DNA of 64,000 nt, from assembly GCF_032444005.1 (NCBI RefSeq), contig NC_091290.1, forward strand, positions 14,074,001-14,138,000, in the 5' to 3' direction. The notes beneath the pieces are model-generated. The model ran no database searches. It was given only the letters and a program-made list of their open reading frames with translations, and was not told where the DNA came from. Origin of the DNA: Ranitomeya imitator (lineage: Eukaryota). How positions within the stretch are numbered: position 1 is the first letter of the stretch; the number at the start of each line of letters is the position of its first letter. Below are positions 26,950 through 39,630 of the stretch, one piece after another. Position numbers and translations under genes: made by a program.

Positions 26950-27592
26950 TTTTATTTATTTTACTTGCTTATATATCACCATCATATTCATCATCACTGT
27001 CACCATTGGGGCTCACAGTCTAAACTCCCTATTAGGCCAGTGTCACATGTCCAGATATTTCCGGTACCGGAAGAAACGGTCCTGGTGCTATCCATGTCCA
27101 TGTGTGCACGTAGATCGTCTGTGTGCCGTCAGTGTTTCTCATCCGTGTCTCTGTGTATTGAAACTATTTTTTTCATTTTTAACCCTATGAATTATGGCAT
27201 CCGTGTGCGGTACATGTTTACACGCACCCATTGACTTTAATGGGTCCGTGTGATCCGTGTGATCCGTGCGCTCCCATGAACACTGACATGTCTCCGTGTT
27301 TTGCACACAGACACAAGGTCCGTGAAAACACGCTAACATGTGCAGAGACACATTGATTTTAATGTGTCTACGTGAGTCAGTGTCTCCGGTACGTGAGGAA
27401 ACTGTCACCTCACGTACCGGAGCCACTGACGTGTGAAACCGGCCTTAGTATGTCTTTAGGAGAAACTGGAGGAATCCCACGCAAACACGGGGAGAGAACA
27501 TACAAACTCCTTGCAGATGTTGTCCCTGGTGGGATTTGAACCCAGGACTCCAGCACTCCAAATCAACAGTGTTAACCACTGAGCCCCCGTGC
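26950..27592 (-). mobile_element. tRNA-derived SINE, interrupted by a nested MITE
   Basis: Minus strand shows A-box-like GGCTCAGTGG (~27576-27586), B-box GGTTCAAATCC (27532-27542), a SINE body and an AT-rich 3' tail; homologous to the copy at 40305-40549. Confidence 0.85.
27035..27444. mobile_element. PIF/Harbinger-type MITE nested in the SINE
   Basis: TIRs GGCCAGTGTCACATGTC / GACGTGTGAAACCGGCC; 3-bp TSD TTA on both sides; removing it restores the SINE (CCCTATTA-GTATGTCTTT). Confidence 0.85.
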
Positions 27593-30010
27593 AGTGTTAA
27601 CCACTGAGCCACCGTGCAGTGTTAACCACTGGGCCACCGTGCAGTGTTAACGACTGAGTCACCGTGCAGAGTTAACCACTGAGCCACCGTGCAGTGTTAA
27701 CCACTGGGCCACCGTGCAGTGTTAACCACTGAGCCACCGTGCAGTGTTAACGACTGAGTCACCGTGCAGAGTTAACCACTGAGCCCCCGTGCAGAGTTAA
27801 CCACTGAGCCACCGTGCAGTGTTAACCACTGAGCCACCGTGCAGAGTTAACCACTGAGCCACCGTTCAGAGTTAACCACTGAGCCACCGTGCAGAGTTAA
27901 CCACTGAGCCACCGTGCAGTGTTAACCACTGAGCCACCGTGCAGAGTTAACCACTGAGCCACCGTGCAGTGTTAACCACTGGGCCACCGTTCAGAGTTAA
28001 CCACTGAGCCACCGTGCAGTGTTAACGACTGAGTCACCGTGCAGAGTTAACCACTGAGCCCCCGTGCAGAGTTAACCACTGAGCCACCGTGCAGTGTTAA
28101 CCACTGAGCCACCGTGCAGTGTTAACGACTGAGTCACCGTGCAGAGTTAACCACTGAGCCCCCGTGCAGTGTTAACCACTGAGCCACCGTGCAGTGTTAA
28201 CCACTGAGCCACCGTGCAGAGTTAACCACTGAGCCACCGTGCAGTGTTAACCACTGAGCCACCGTGCAGAGTTAACCACTGAGCCACCGTGCAGTGTTAA
28301 CCACTGGGCCACCGTTCAGAGTTAACCACTGGGCCACCGTTCAGAGTTAACCACTGAGCCACCGTGCAGAGTTAACCACTGAGTCACCGTGCAGTCTTAA
28401 CCACTGAGCCACCGTGCAGTGTTAACCACTGGGCCACCGTGCAGTGTTAACCACTGGGCCACCGTGCAGTGTTAACGACTGAGTCACCGTGCAGAGTTAA
28501 CCACTGAGCCCCCGTGCAGTGTTAACCACTGGGCCACCGTGCAGTGTTAACGACTGAGTCACCGTGCAGAGTTAACCACTGAGCCACCGTGCAGTGTTAA
28601 CCACTGGGCCACCGTGCAGTGTTAACCACTGAGCCACCGTGCAGTGTTAACGACTGAGTCACCGTGCAGAGTTAACCACTGAGCCCCCGTGCAGAGTTAA
28701 CCACTGAGCCACCGTGCAGTGTTAACCACTGAGCCACCGTGCAGAGTTAACCACTGAGCCACCGTGCAGAGTTAACCACTGAGCCACCGTGCAGAGTTAA
28801 CCACTGAGCCACCGTGCAGTGTTAACCACTGGGCCACCGTTCAGAGTTAACCACTGAGCCACCGTGCAGTGTTAACCACTGAGCCACCGTGCAGTGTTAA
28901 CGACTGAGTCACCGTGCAGAGTTAACCACTGAGTCACCGTGCAGAGTTAACCACTGAGCCCCCGTGCAGAGTTAACCACTGAGCCACCGTGCAGTGTTAA
29001 CCACTGAGCCACCGTGCAGTGTTAACGACTGAGTCACCGTGCAGAGTTAACCACTGAGCCCCCGTGCAGTGTTAACCACTGAGCCACCGTGCAGTGTTAA
29101 CCACTGAGCCACCGTGCAGAGTTAACCACTGAGCCACCGTGCAGTGTTAACCACTGAGCCACCGTGCAGAGTTAACCACTGAGCCACCGTGCAGTGTTAA
29201 CCACTGGGCCACCGTTCAGAGTTAACCACTGAGCCACCGTGCAGAGTTAACCACTGAGTCACCGTGCAGTCTTAACCACTGAGCCACCGTGCAGTGTTAA
29301 CCACTGGGCCACCGTGCAGTGTTAACCACTGGGCCACCGTGCAGTGTTAACGACTGAGTCACCGTGCAGAGTTAACCACTGAGCCCCCGTGCAGTGTTAA
29401 CCACTGAGCCACCGTGCAGTGTTAACCACTGAGCCACCGTGCAGAGTTAACCACTGAGCCACCGTGCAGTGTTAACCACTGAGCCACCGTGCAGAGTTAA
29501 CCACTGGGCCACCGTGCAGTGTTAACCACTGGGCCACCGTTCAGAGTTAACCACTGGGCCACCGTTCAGAGTTAACCACTGAGCCACCGTGCAGAGTTAA
29601 CCACTGAGTCACCGTGCAGTCTTAACCACTGAGCCACCGTGCAGTGTTAACCACTGGGCCACCGTGCAGTGTTAACCACTGAGCCACCGTGCAGTGTTAA
29701 CCACTGAGCCACCGTGCAGTGTTAACCACTGGGCCACCGTGCAGTGTTAACCACTGAGCCACCGTGCAGTGTTAACCACTGAGCCACCGTGCAGTGTTAA
29801 CCACTGAGTCACCGTGCAGAGTTAACCACTGAGCCCCCGTGCAGTGTTAACCACTGAGCCCCCGTGCAGTGTTAACCACTGAGCCACCGTGCAGTGTTAA
29901 CCACTGAGTCACCGTGCAGTGTTAACCACTGAGCCACCGTGCAGTGTTAACCACTGAGCCACCGTGCAATGCTATCCCTTGAGCGCCCCCGTCCAGTGCT
30001 AACCACTGAG
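27568..30010 (-). repeat. 25-bp satellite of the SINE 5' A-box segment (ACGGTGGCTCAGTGGTTAACACTGC)n, about 97 copies; degenerate units continue to about 30110
   Basis: Unit is continuous with, and near-identical to, the SINE 5' end. Confidence 0.95.
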
Positions 30011-31599
30011 CCACTGTACAGTGTATTCCTCTGAGCCTGCCCCTACAGTGCTATCCCTCGATCTCCCCATACAGTGCTATCCACCGAGCCCCCGTATAGT
30101 GCTATCCACTGATTCAGATAAGCCAACAAACCGACACGCGCTTTCCGCCTCATTCCTCTGCTGTTTATGGTCACCTGTATTGTGGTAGTTGTGGCAGTCC
30201 GGACGCTGTCGCCATTTACAGAATACAGACTTCCTCTCTTTTCTTTCAGATGTCGGTTTCGTCCGATGGAAGTGAGAGTGAAGCAGCCCAGTAATGGCCG
30301 CTGATTGGCTGCAGGGCTCACGTGACATAACAATGTCACGGGAGCCCTGGCGTCGACGTTGCTGAAATGTCATCGGAAGAGTACCAGCTGATTTTTTTTT
30401 TTTTTTTTTTTCATGGCGGAAAATAGTAACTGAGAAAGGGATGTCCAAGCAATAGACGATCCCTAAAAAATGTGGCTGCAAAGTGCTTTTAAGTCAATTC
30501 CCTAATGTAATGCTTAAAGCTGTCGGAGTCTTGCAGGTTTATTTAGCGTTTCCTTGTAGAATTTTTGGCCGTGTTATACATCATTTTATGGCGCGGGACA
30601 TTCATGTGAAATAATATTTTCTCAGGAGCAGTTGACTAAAATCATACAATTCCTCCATAGTGGTCAGCAGAATGCCTGAATGCTGTCTGTGCAATCACCA
30701 GCAGGGGTGAACATAGCCTCTCTGCTGCCTGATTCAAACTGCAAAACGGCGCCCCCCCACGTAGTAAAATCAGTACAAATAAGTCTTAGCAGGACCATAT
30801 CTGAGAACCTCAGCTCATCCACATAGGGTAACACACACCAACTCTGCTATATCCCACAAGTGTCAGAGCAGGGATTACAGGGAGAGTCAGTACCAGGTGT
30901 TCTGACTGCCGCTCTGCTGCCCCCTGTCTTTAAGGATGCTCCGCCGCCTGAGGCAAAGTATTCAACTTGCCTCATGATAGCAGCACCCCTGATCACCAGA
31001 TATCATCATTTGAGGTAAAATTTTCAACAGGAACCGCCCAACCCTGAACCGGCTCTGTGAAAACAACTTCCACATCGACATCTGACCATTCAGGTTCTGG
31101 TTGTGGTTGATCCCAGTTTGGCTCTCTACCACTAGCGTTACTGGTGTCACCCTGGCCACTGGCAGAGGTCCAGGAATTTGAGACCCGGGAACTCTACAAA
31201 CAGCTCCTCACATCTCCGCTTCCTTGATTTTGATATTCCGACAATAAAGCATGGCAGACGCCCCCCCTCCTCTGATCACAGAGCATTGACCACTGGTTCT
31301 GGGTCCCAGAGACCTGAGATATTAATTTTTTTTTACACCATGAGAACATTTGTAAAATAAAATGGCGCAAGTCACTATACTTTTTAAAAAAAATTATTTT
31401 GGGGGTCTTGTTATCCCAGTCTGGACAGAACGATGGACACGCCTGCGCACTAACACTCCAATCATGGTCTATGGGACTGACATGTAGTCCAGTACCGCAT
31501 TTGGCTATCTCCATCAGTCTCATAGACCATGAATGGGTCAGTGTCATTTAACAAGACCAGGTAAAGTGACCCCCATTACAAAATTGCCTCATGAGCATC

Positions 31600-32340
31600 C
31601 ATTAACAGTGCCATCTCAGTACCCCATAAGTGGCGTATATGGTGCTCCCATATCGGTGCCAGTCACAGTACCCCATAAGTGTCACGTATGGTGCTCCCAT
31701 AACAGTGCCAGTCACAGTACCCCATAAGTGTCGTATATGGTGCTCCCATACCAGTGCCAGTCACAGTACCCCATAAGTGTCGTATATGGTGCTCCCATAC
31801 CAGTGCCAGTCACAATACCCCATAAGTGTCGTATATGGTGCTCCCATAACAGTGCCAGTCACAGTACCCCATAAGTGTCGTATATGATGCTCCCATAACA
31901 GTGCCAGTCACAGTACCCCATAAGTGTCGTATATGATGCTCCCATAGCTACGCCAGTCACAGTACCCCATAAGTGTCGTATATGGTGCTCCCATAACAGT
32001 GCCAGTCACAGTACCCCATAAGTGTCGTATATGGTGCTCCCATAACAGTGCCAGTCACAGTACCCCATAAGTGTCGTATATGATGCTCCCATAACAGTGT
32101 CGGTCACAGTACCCCATAAGTGTCACGTATGGTGCTCCCATAACAGTGCCGGTCACAGTACCCCAGAAGTCTCGGACATGGTGCTCCCATAGCTACGCCA
32201 GTCACAATACCCCACAAGTGTCATGCGTGGTGCTCCCATAACAGTGCCAGCCACAATACCCCATAAGTGTAATGCACGGTGCTCCCCTAGCAGTGCCAGC
32301 CACAATTCCCCATAATAGTGTTGGCCGCAGTGCCCACCAC
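31600..32340. repeat. ~49-bp minisatellite (CAGTGCCAGTCACAGTACCCCATAAGTGTCGTATATGGTGCTCCCATAA)n
   Basis: Read directly; followed by a T2-type end (GACAACCCCTTTAA, ~32540-32553). Confidence 0.9.
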
Positions 32341-33249
32341 ACCGCCCCACTAAGGGGTCAACCACTACTTTGATATTGGACACTAAACAGTGTATGAAGC
32401 GGTTCCGCGTCATACACTGTTAACATGTGAATGTTGGAGCTGGTAACAGGTGATGGGTGGGGGTCCCGGGTGTCGGACCTCCACTGATCGGATATTGATC
32501 ACCCGTCCTAAGCATAGGTCCTCAATAGCAAAGTAGTAGACAACCCCTTTAACCGTGTCAACCATGTTGCACCCAAAACAGTACAGTCACAGCACCCACA
32601 TAAGAGGAACTAAGGTGTCCACATATCAGTAGCAACCATAATGTCCGTCACAATGTGCCATCAATGGTGCCACCACAAGAACCACATCTGTAGGGCCCAT
32701 ATAAGTGGCCTCTTACATCGGTGCCGGTCTTGGCGCTGTGGATCGTTGGTTGTGTAAAGCCAGCAATGGCGTCTCCGATAATCCGGTAGAACAACTTCTC
32801 GTTGTCAGGGAAGTTTACTCTTTTTCTCACGGAGTTTCCAGGACATTATCGGAGAGATTTCTATGGTGTCTATCGTGATATATTTTATTGGCCCAAAATT
32901 GGTGTAAAAGCAGCGTCTTCTTATCGGTGCGCCCCGTCATGTCCGCTGCTCGCCCTATCACATGTCACGGATTCTGGTATGTGTATTATGGGTGTTACAA
33001 GTGTTTACTGTCTGAAAAAGGATTTTATGGATGAGTAATTTCACATGGAACTTCAAAAAGAGGAAGCGCAGGACTATAAACAAGTCCTAATGAGCGCTAC
33101 CGAGGCCAGAGTCAATAGAGCCAATAATGGAGCGCAGGACACGGCGCCATGTCTGGGAAAGAGAAAGGGGCGCACCACATACTAACCCTATTCATCTAGT
33201 AAACCAGCTGGATTGTTCTGGTGATCCAGACTTCTGTCCTGACACCGTT

Positions 33250-36080
33250 ATGCTCGGTGGCGGGCTGGCTTGTGTATGTTCGGTGGCGGGCTTCCTTGTG
33301 TATGCTCTGTGGCGGGCTCTCTTGTGTATGCTCGGTGGCGGGCTCTCTTGTGTATGCTCTGTGGCGGGCTCTCTTGTGTATGCTCGGTGGCGGGCTTCCT
33401 TGTGTATGCTCGGTTGCGGGCTCTCTTGTGTATGCTCTGTGGCGGGCTCTCTTGTGTATGCTCGGTGGCTGGCTGGCTTGTGTATGCTCGGTGGCGGGCT
33501 CTCTTGTGTATGCTCAGTGGCGGGCTTCCTTGTGTATGCTCGGTGGCGGGCTCTCTTGTGTATGCTCAGTGGCGGGCTTCCTTGTGTATGCTCGGTTGCG
33601 GGCTCTCTTGTGTATGCTCGGTGGCGGGCTCTCTTGTGTATGCTCGGTGGCGGGCTTCCTTGTGTATGCTCGGTTGCGGGCTCTCTTGTGTATGCTCGGT
33701 GGCGGGCTCTCTTGTGTATGCTCGGTGGCTGGCTGGCTGGCTTGTGTATGCTCGGTGGCGGGCTCTCTTGTGTATGCTCGGTGGCGGGCTTCCTTGTGTA
33801 TGCTCGGTGGCGGGCTTCCTTGTGTATGCTCTGTGGCGGGCTTCCTTGTGTATGCTCGGTGGGTGGCTGACTTGTGTATGCTTGGTGGCGGTCTCTCTTG
33901 TGTATGCTTGGTGGCGGTCTCTCTTGTGTATGCTCGGTGGCTGGCTCTCTTGTGTATGCTCGGTGGCTGGCTCTCTTGTGTATGCTCAGTGGCGGGCTTC
34001 CTTGTGTATGCTCGGTGGGTGGCTGACTTGTGTATGCTTGGTGGCGGTCTCTCTTGTGTATGCTTGGTGGCGGTCTCTCTTGTGTATGCTCGGTGGCTGG
34101 CTCTCTTGTGTATGCTCGGTGGCTGGCTCTCTTGTGTATGCTCAGTGGCGGGCTTCCTTGTGTATGCTCGGTGGGTGGCTGACTTGTCTATGCTTGGTGG
34201 CGGTCTCTCTTGTGTATGCTTGGTGGCGGTCTCTCTTGTGTATGCTCGGTGGCTGGCTCTCTTGTGTATGCTCGGTGGCTGGCTCTCTTGTGTATGCTCA
34301 GTGGCGGGCTTCCTTGTGTATGCTCGGTGGCGGGCTTCCTTGTGTATGCTCGGTGGCGGGCTTCCTTGTGTATGCTCGGTGGCGGGCTTCCTTGTGTATG
34401 CTCGGTGGCGGGCTCTCTTGTGTATGCTTGGTGGCGGTCTCTCTTGTGTATGCTCGGTGGCGGTCTCTCTTGTGTATGCTCGGTGGCTGGCTCTCTTGTG
34501 TATGCTCAGTGGCGGGCTTCCTTGTGTATGCTCGGTGGGTGGCTGACTTGTGTATGCTTGGTAGCGGTCTCTCTTGTGTATGCTCGGTGGCTGGCTCTCT
34601 TGTGTATGCTCGGTGGTGGGCTCTCTTGTGTATGCTCAGTGGCGGGCTTCCTTGTGTATGCTTGGTGGCGGGCTTCCTTGTGTATGCTTGGTGGCGGGCT
34701 TCCTTGTGTATGCTTGGTGGCGGGCTTCCTTGTGTATGCTCGGTGGCGGGCTTCCTTGTGTATGCTCGGTGGCGGGCTCTCTTGTGTATGCTCGGTGGGT
34801 GGCTGACTTGTGTATGCTCGGTGGCTGGCTGGCTTGTGTATGCTTGGTGGCGGACTCTCTTGTGTATTCTCGGTGGCGGGCTTCCTTGTGTATGCTCGGT
34901 GGTGGGCTCTCTTGTGTATGCTCGGTGGTGGGCTCTCTTGTGTATGCTCGGTGGTGGGCTTCCTTGTGTATGCTCGGTGGCTGGCTTCCTTGTGTATGCT
35001 CGGTGGTGGGCTCTCTTGTGTATGCTCGGTGGTGGGCTTCCTTGTGTATGCTCGGTGGTGGGCTTCCTTGTGTATGCTCGGTGGCTGGCTTCCTTGTGTA
35101 TGCTCGGTGGCGGGCTTCCTTGTGTATGCTCGGTGGCTGGCTTCCTTGTGTATGCTCGGTGGCAAGCTTCCTTGTGTATGCTCGGTGGTGGGCTTCCTTG
35201 TGTATGCTCGGTGGTGGGCTTCCTTGTGTATGCTCGGTGGCGGGCTTCCTTGTGTATGCTCGGTGGCGGGCTTCCTTGTGTATGCTCGGTGGTGGGCTTC
35301 CTTGTGTATGCTCGGTGGCGGGCTCTCTTGTGTATGCTCGGTGGCGGTGTCTCTTGTGTATGCTCGGTGGTGGGCTTCCTTGTGTATGCTCGGTGGCGGT
35401 CTCTCTTGTGTATGCTCGGTGGTGGGCTCTCTTGTGTATGCTCGGTGGTGGGCTTCCTTGTGTATGCTCGGTGGTGGGCTCTCTTGTGTATGCTCGGTGG
35501 TGGGCTCTCTTGTGTATGCTCGGTGGTGGGCTTCCTTGTGTATGCTCGGTGGCTGGCTTCCTTGTGTATGCTCGGTGGTGGGCTCTCTTGTGTATGCTCG
35601 GTGGTGGGCTTCCTTGTGTATGCTCGGTGGTGGGCTTCCTTGTGTATGCTCGGTGGCTGGCTTCCTTGTGTATGCTCGGTGGCGGGCTTCCTTGTGTATG
35701 CTCGGTGGCTGGCTTCCTTGTGTATGCTCGGTGGCAAGCTTCCTTGTGTATGCTCGGTGGTGGGCTTCCTTGTGTATGCTCGGTGGTGGGCTTCCTTGTG
35801 TATGCTCGGTGGCGGGCTTCCTTGTGTATGCTCGGTGGCGGGCTTCCTTGTGTATGCTCGGTGGTGGGCTTCCTTGTGTATGCTCGGTGGCGGGCTCTCT
35901 TGTGTATGCTCGGTGGCGGTGTCTCTTGTGTATGCTCGGTGGTGGGCTTCCTTGTGTATGCTCGGTGGCGGTCTCTCTTGTGTATGCTCGGTGGCGGTGT
36001 CTCTTGTGTACGCTCGGTGGTGGGCTGGCTTGCATATACTCGGTGGTTGGCGGGCTGGCTTGTGTATATTCGGTGGCGGG
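33250..36080. repeat. 26-bp satellite (TGTGTATGCTCGGTGGCGGGCTCTCT / ...CTTCCT)n, about 108 copies
   Basis: Read directly; 26-aa periodic ORFs in all frames. Confidence 0.97.
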
Positions 36081-37680
36081 CATGCCACACATCTGTGCCC
36101 ATCTGCAGAATAATTGTATACCCGCATATACGGGTCTATGCTGGATCGCCACTCCATTGATGGTCAACGGGGCTGTTGGAAATAGTGGCGAAGCACTGTA
36201 TTCGGCAGTCCCATGTACAATGAATGGAGCCGAAGCTGAGCATGTGTTCACGCTCCATTTTCTGGAACAGTGGTCGCACACCCAGTGATCCGTAAGTTAT
36301 CTCCTATCCTATATGTGGGATGTAATATGGAAGCTGAGGATGTGTTACTGCCTAAATGGGCAAAAATGTAGCCTTTCAGGATTGCAGGAAAGCTGAGTGA
36401 TAATCATATCGAGAGCTGTAATGGCAGTCGTATGCATGTAAAGGGGAATTCTAAGTTGTAAATGTTGGCAAACGGCCCGGTAGACGAGTCCACGATGGCG
36501 GGCCGGTCCTGTAACAGTTGGCACGGTGCAGACGGTGAGTGCATTTCTCACTAACACATAAGTCAGTGTTATAAAAGTTGCACTGGTGGCAATAATGGGA
36601 GGGAATCTTGGGGATCCCCAAATTCTGTGTCCAGCCCTCTTCTTCTTGATCTGGGGGGCACTTATCCGATAACATCAGCTGTCTGCTGGGCTGAGACAAG
36701 CAGTAATCGTCTGCATGCGACCACATGAGATCAGAGAACACAAGCTTCATAGAAAGAAGAGAAATTCACTTAATGAGGGTGTTACCGGCCGCGACCCCAA
36801 ATTGTCATAAGCAACATCACTGATGATAATCTCCTATAGAGGTTGTCAATTTCCATTTCCAGGAAGAATAATAGAGGGACAACGGACAAAGTTTGGGTAG
36901 AGCTTGGAATAGGATGATTTTATTATAATAAAAGATGCCCCATTTGCTCCCCCCCAGCCATCTTGGGAAATCAGGGTCCAGGACCTGTAGAAGATTTGGG
37001 GGTCACCTGTCATGCTTCTTGTGAATTCTTGTATCATCTTGGGCCCAGGAATCCGAATAACCCCTATGATCACTTTGCAAGTCTAGAAAAGCTGTCGAAC
37101 ACGGGCGGAACTGTGTATCGAGTCGGACTATGACCCCCATTGTCTCTGGACACTATATTGTATGTGGTAAGACGAGGAAAGAGCCGAGGAAGCTCCCCTG
37201 GGCGACCACACAAACGTCCTATCAGAATATAATGGCAGATGTAGCAGAGCTGAGCTTGTCTCTTACATTTTTTTTAAAGGGAATGTCTCATCGTAAAATG
37301 ACCTATTGTTTAAATCATGTTTTTGTGTTGCAGGGATTTTCACAAAAATGTTTACTTTTATTCCATATCCCAATCTTTACGAAAAAACGAACATGTAGAA
37401 ATCTTCCAATTATCACAGAGGACACAGGACACTGCGGCTATTTTAAACTCCTATTTCCTTTCAGGAAGCGTTTTTTTCAGCAGGTTCCTTAACATCAAAG
37501 GCAGGATTACAATGACTGGTAACACCTCTATTATTATTATTATTATTATTATTTGGCCTTTGACTCCATCTTGAGCCATAGCGACTTGATAGGTTAACGA
37601 TCTGTAGGAAGATTGATCATGTGTAGTCTAGATAGGTCCCCCAGGGTCTTTTCCGCTGTTATATTCATAGTATCAAGCCA

Positions 37681-38392
37681 CAACACCTCTGTACCCAGCT
37701 GATAACACAGGATCCACTATTCACAATAGGTGATGTCACAGCTCACCTCCTCCTCCTGTACAATGACCGATAACACCTCTATATACAGTAGATTACACAG
37801 GATCCATCATTCACAATAGGTGATGTCACAGCTCACCTCCTCCTTCTCCTGTACAATGACTGATGACAGCTCTATATACAGTAGATAACACAGGATCCAC
37901 CATTCACAATAGGTGATGTTACAGCTCACCTCCTCCTCCTGTACAATGACTGATAACACCTCTATATACAGTAGATAATACAGGATCCACCATTCACGAT
38001 AGGTGATGTCACAGCTCACCTCCCCCTCCTGTACAATGACTGATAACACCTCTATATACAGTAGATAATACAGGATCCACCATTCACGATAAGTGATGTT
38101 ACAGCTCACCTCCTCCTCCTGTGCAATGACTGATACCACCTCTATATACAGTAGATAATACAGGATCCACCATTCACGATAGGTGATGTCACAGCTCACC
38201 TCCTCCTGTACAATGACTGATAACACCTCTATATACAGTAGATAATACAGGATCCACCATTCACGATAAGTGATGTTACAGCTCACCTCCTCCTCCTGTG
38301 CAATGACTGATACCACCTCTATATACAGTACATAATACAGGATCCACCATTCACGATAGGTGATGTCACAGCCCACCTCCTCCTTGCTTCAC
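37681..38392. repeat. 90-bp minisatellite (ACACAGGATCCACCATTCACAATAGGTGATGTCACAGCTCACCTCC...), about 8 copies; inverse orientation to the array at 54522-55315
   Basis: Read directly; ORF 37807-38376 (-) encodes the same repeat peptide as ORF 54502-55383 (+). Confidence 0.93.
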
Positions 38393-38429
38393 TTTTTTGT
38401 GGCATTTAAGATTCATAGACTTGTGTTGC

Positions 38430-38535
38430 GCCGAGGTCTGTTTCGGCGATATTGCCCCTCGTCATTGCAAAGTATAAGATCTGCTGTGGCTAGGTGAGAG
38501 GCTAAGACTGGGATCTAACAGGTAAGTTTAAGGCC
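38430..38535 (-). mobile_element. Inverted partial copy of the hammerhead-bearing element (core mutated)
   Basis: Minus strand reads ATACTTTGCA-ATGACGA-GGGGCAATATCGCC-GAAA-CAG; reverse complement of about 38590-38680. Confidence 0.65.
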
Positions 38536-38649
38536 TTTAAGTCTCCTCATACTGGCGTGCCAGACCTGGCTTGTCACTCTCCACAAGGAGAAACCTTACC
38601 TCTTAGATCCCAGTCTTAGCCTCTTACCTAGCCACAGCAGATCTCATAC

Positions 38650-38694
38650 TTTGAACTGACGAGGGGCAATAACACGAAACACCGTGTCAGCAAA
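38650..38694 (+). ncRNA. Degenerate minimal type I hammerhead ribozyme
   Basis: CTGACGA (38656-38662), stem II GGGG-CAATA-ACAC, GAAA (38676-38679), palindromic stem III ACAC-C-GTGT, GTC cleavage triplet (38686-38688), stem I TTTGAA/AGCAAA (reconstructed ancestral TTTGCA/TGCAAA). Mismatches in stems I and II suggest this copy is inactive. Confidence 0.65.
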
Positions 38695-38735
38695 TGTACA
38701 TTCTGATTGGCTTTTATCCTCAGTCATATTGCAAG

Positions 38736-39630
38736 CAGTGGTGTACCGCCAATGCCAGCAGGCCACACGACTGCTACGGGGCCCGTGAGCCGGGGGGTGC
38801 CTGGCGCCAGCAGCTGGCCGCAAGTCATCGTAAGCAATGGTGATGGAGGAGGGAGCATCTGCTGACGCTTCCTGCCCCATCGTTCTACCTCGGCATCTGA
38901 CTTAGAGCAGCAGGCGAGATGGTGTCATTACAGCGCGCTTGTTGTGCAGCGTTTCACACCACACGCTCAGGAGACCGGATCATCAGGTGGAACGAGAAAA
39001 GGTGAGTATTTGTTTTTGTTTTTAAATCAGTGACTGGTGGCCATAATAGAGTATGGGGGACCATGGGGACTGCATTCTACTATATGAAGATTTATGGGGG
39101 GAGCATTATACTATATGGGGCACATTATACTATATGGAGGGCTTTGTGGGGCCATTATAATATTTGGAGGGCTATGTAGGGGCCACTGTACTGTATGCAA
39201 GCAATTATATAGCGAGAAGGTTTGTGTGGGGGCCATCATACTGTGTGGAGGTCTATAGTGCAGGGTGTGGAGAGGTATGGGGCCATTCTACTGTATGAAG
39301 GCCCATTATACTGCATGGAGGGCTGTGTAGTGGTCATAGTTGGGGAACATACTGTGTTGGGGTCACCATACTTTGTCTTGGGAGTTGAGGTGGGGTACAG
39401 TAGGGTCATTATATTGTGCATGTGGAGGAATTCCCCATGGGGGTATCGTACTGTGTTTGGGGGGCACTTTTGTTGGCATCATACTTTATGGTGGCAGTGA
39501 AAGAGGAATCTAGGACTTCAGCAGAAGTAAAATTAATTTGTAAAGGCTGCAAAATTGTGATTTTTTTTTTTTTTATTTTTTTTATTTTTTTTGAGGCGGG
39601 CAATTAGATCTTTTGCTATTGGGCACCATT
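38736..39630. mobile_element. hAT-like non-autonomous element (~895 bp)
   Basis: Begins CAGTGGTGTACC; flanked by the 8-bp direct repeat ATTGCAAG (38728-38735, 39631-39638); the right TIR is eroded. Confidence 0.6.

Noticed and set aside
27530-27592. tRNA gene
   Set aside because: A- and B-boxes are present, but there is no cloverleaf and it continues into a SINE body and tail.
27568-30010. CRISPR-like regular repeat
   Set aside because: No unique spacers, no cas genes, vertebrate context; the unit is a SINE 5' end.
33127-36288. Multiple 200-950-aa Cys/Trp-rich ORFs
   Set aside because: A 26-bp satellite open in all six frames.
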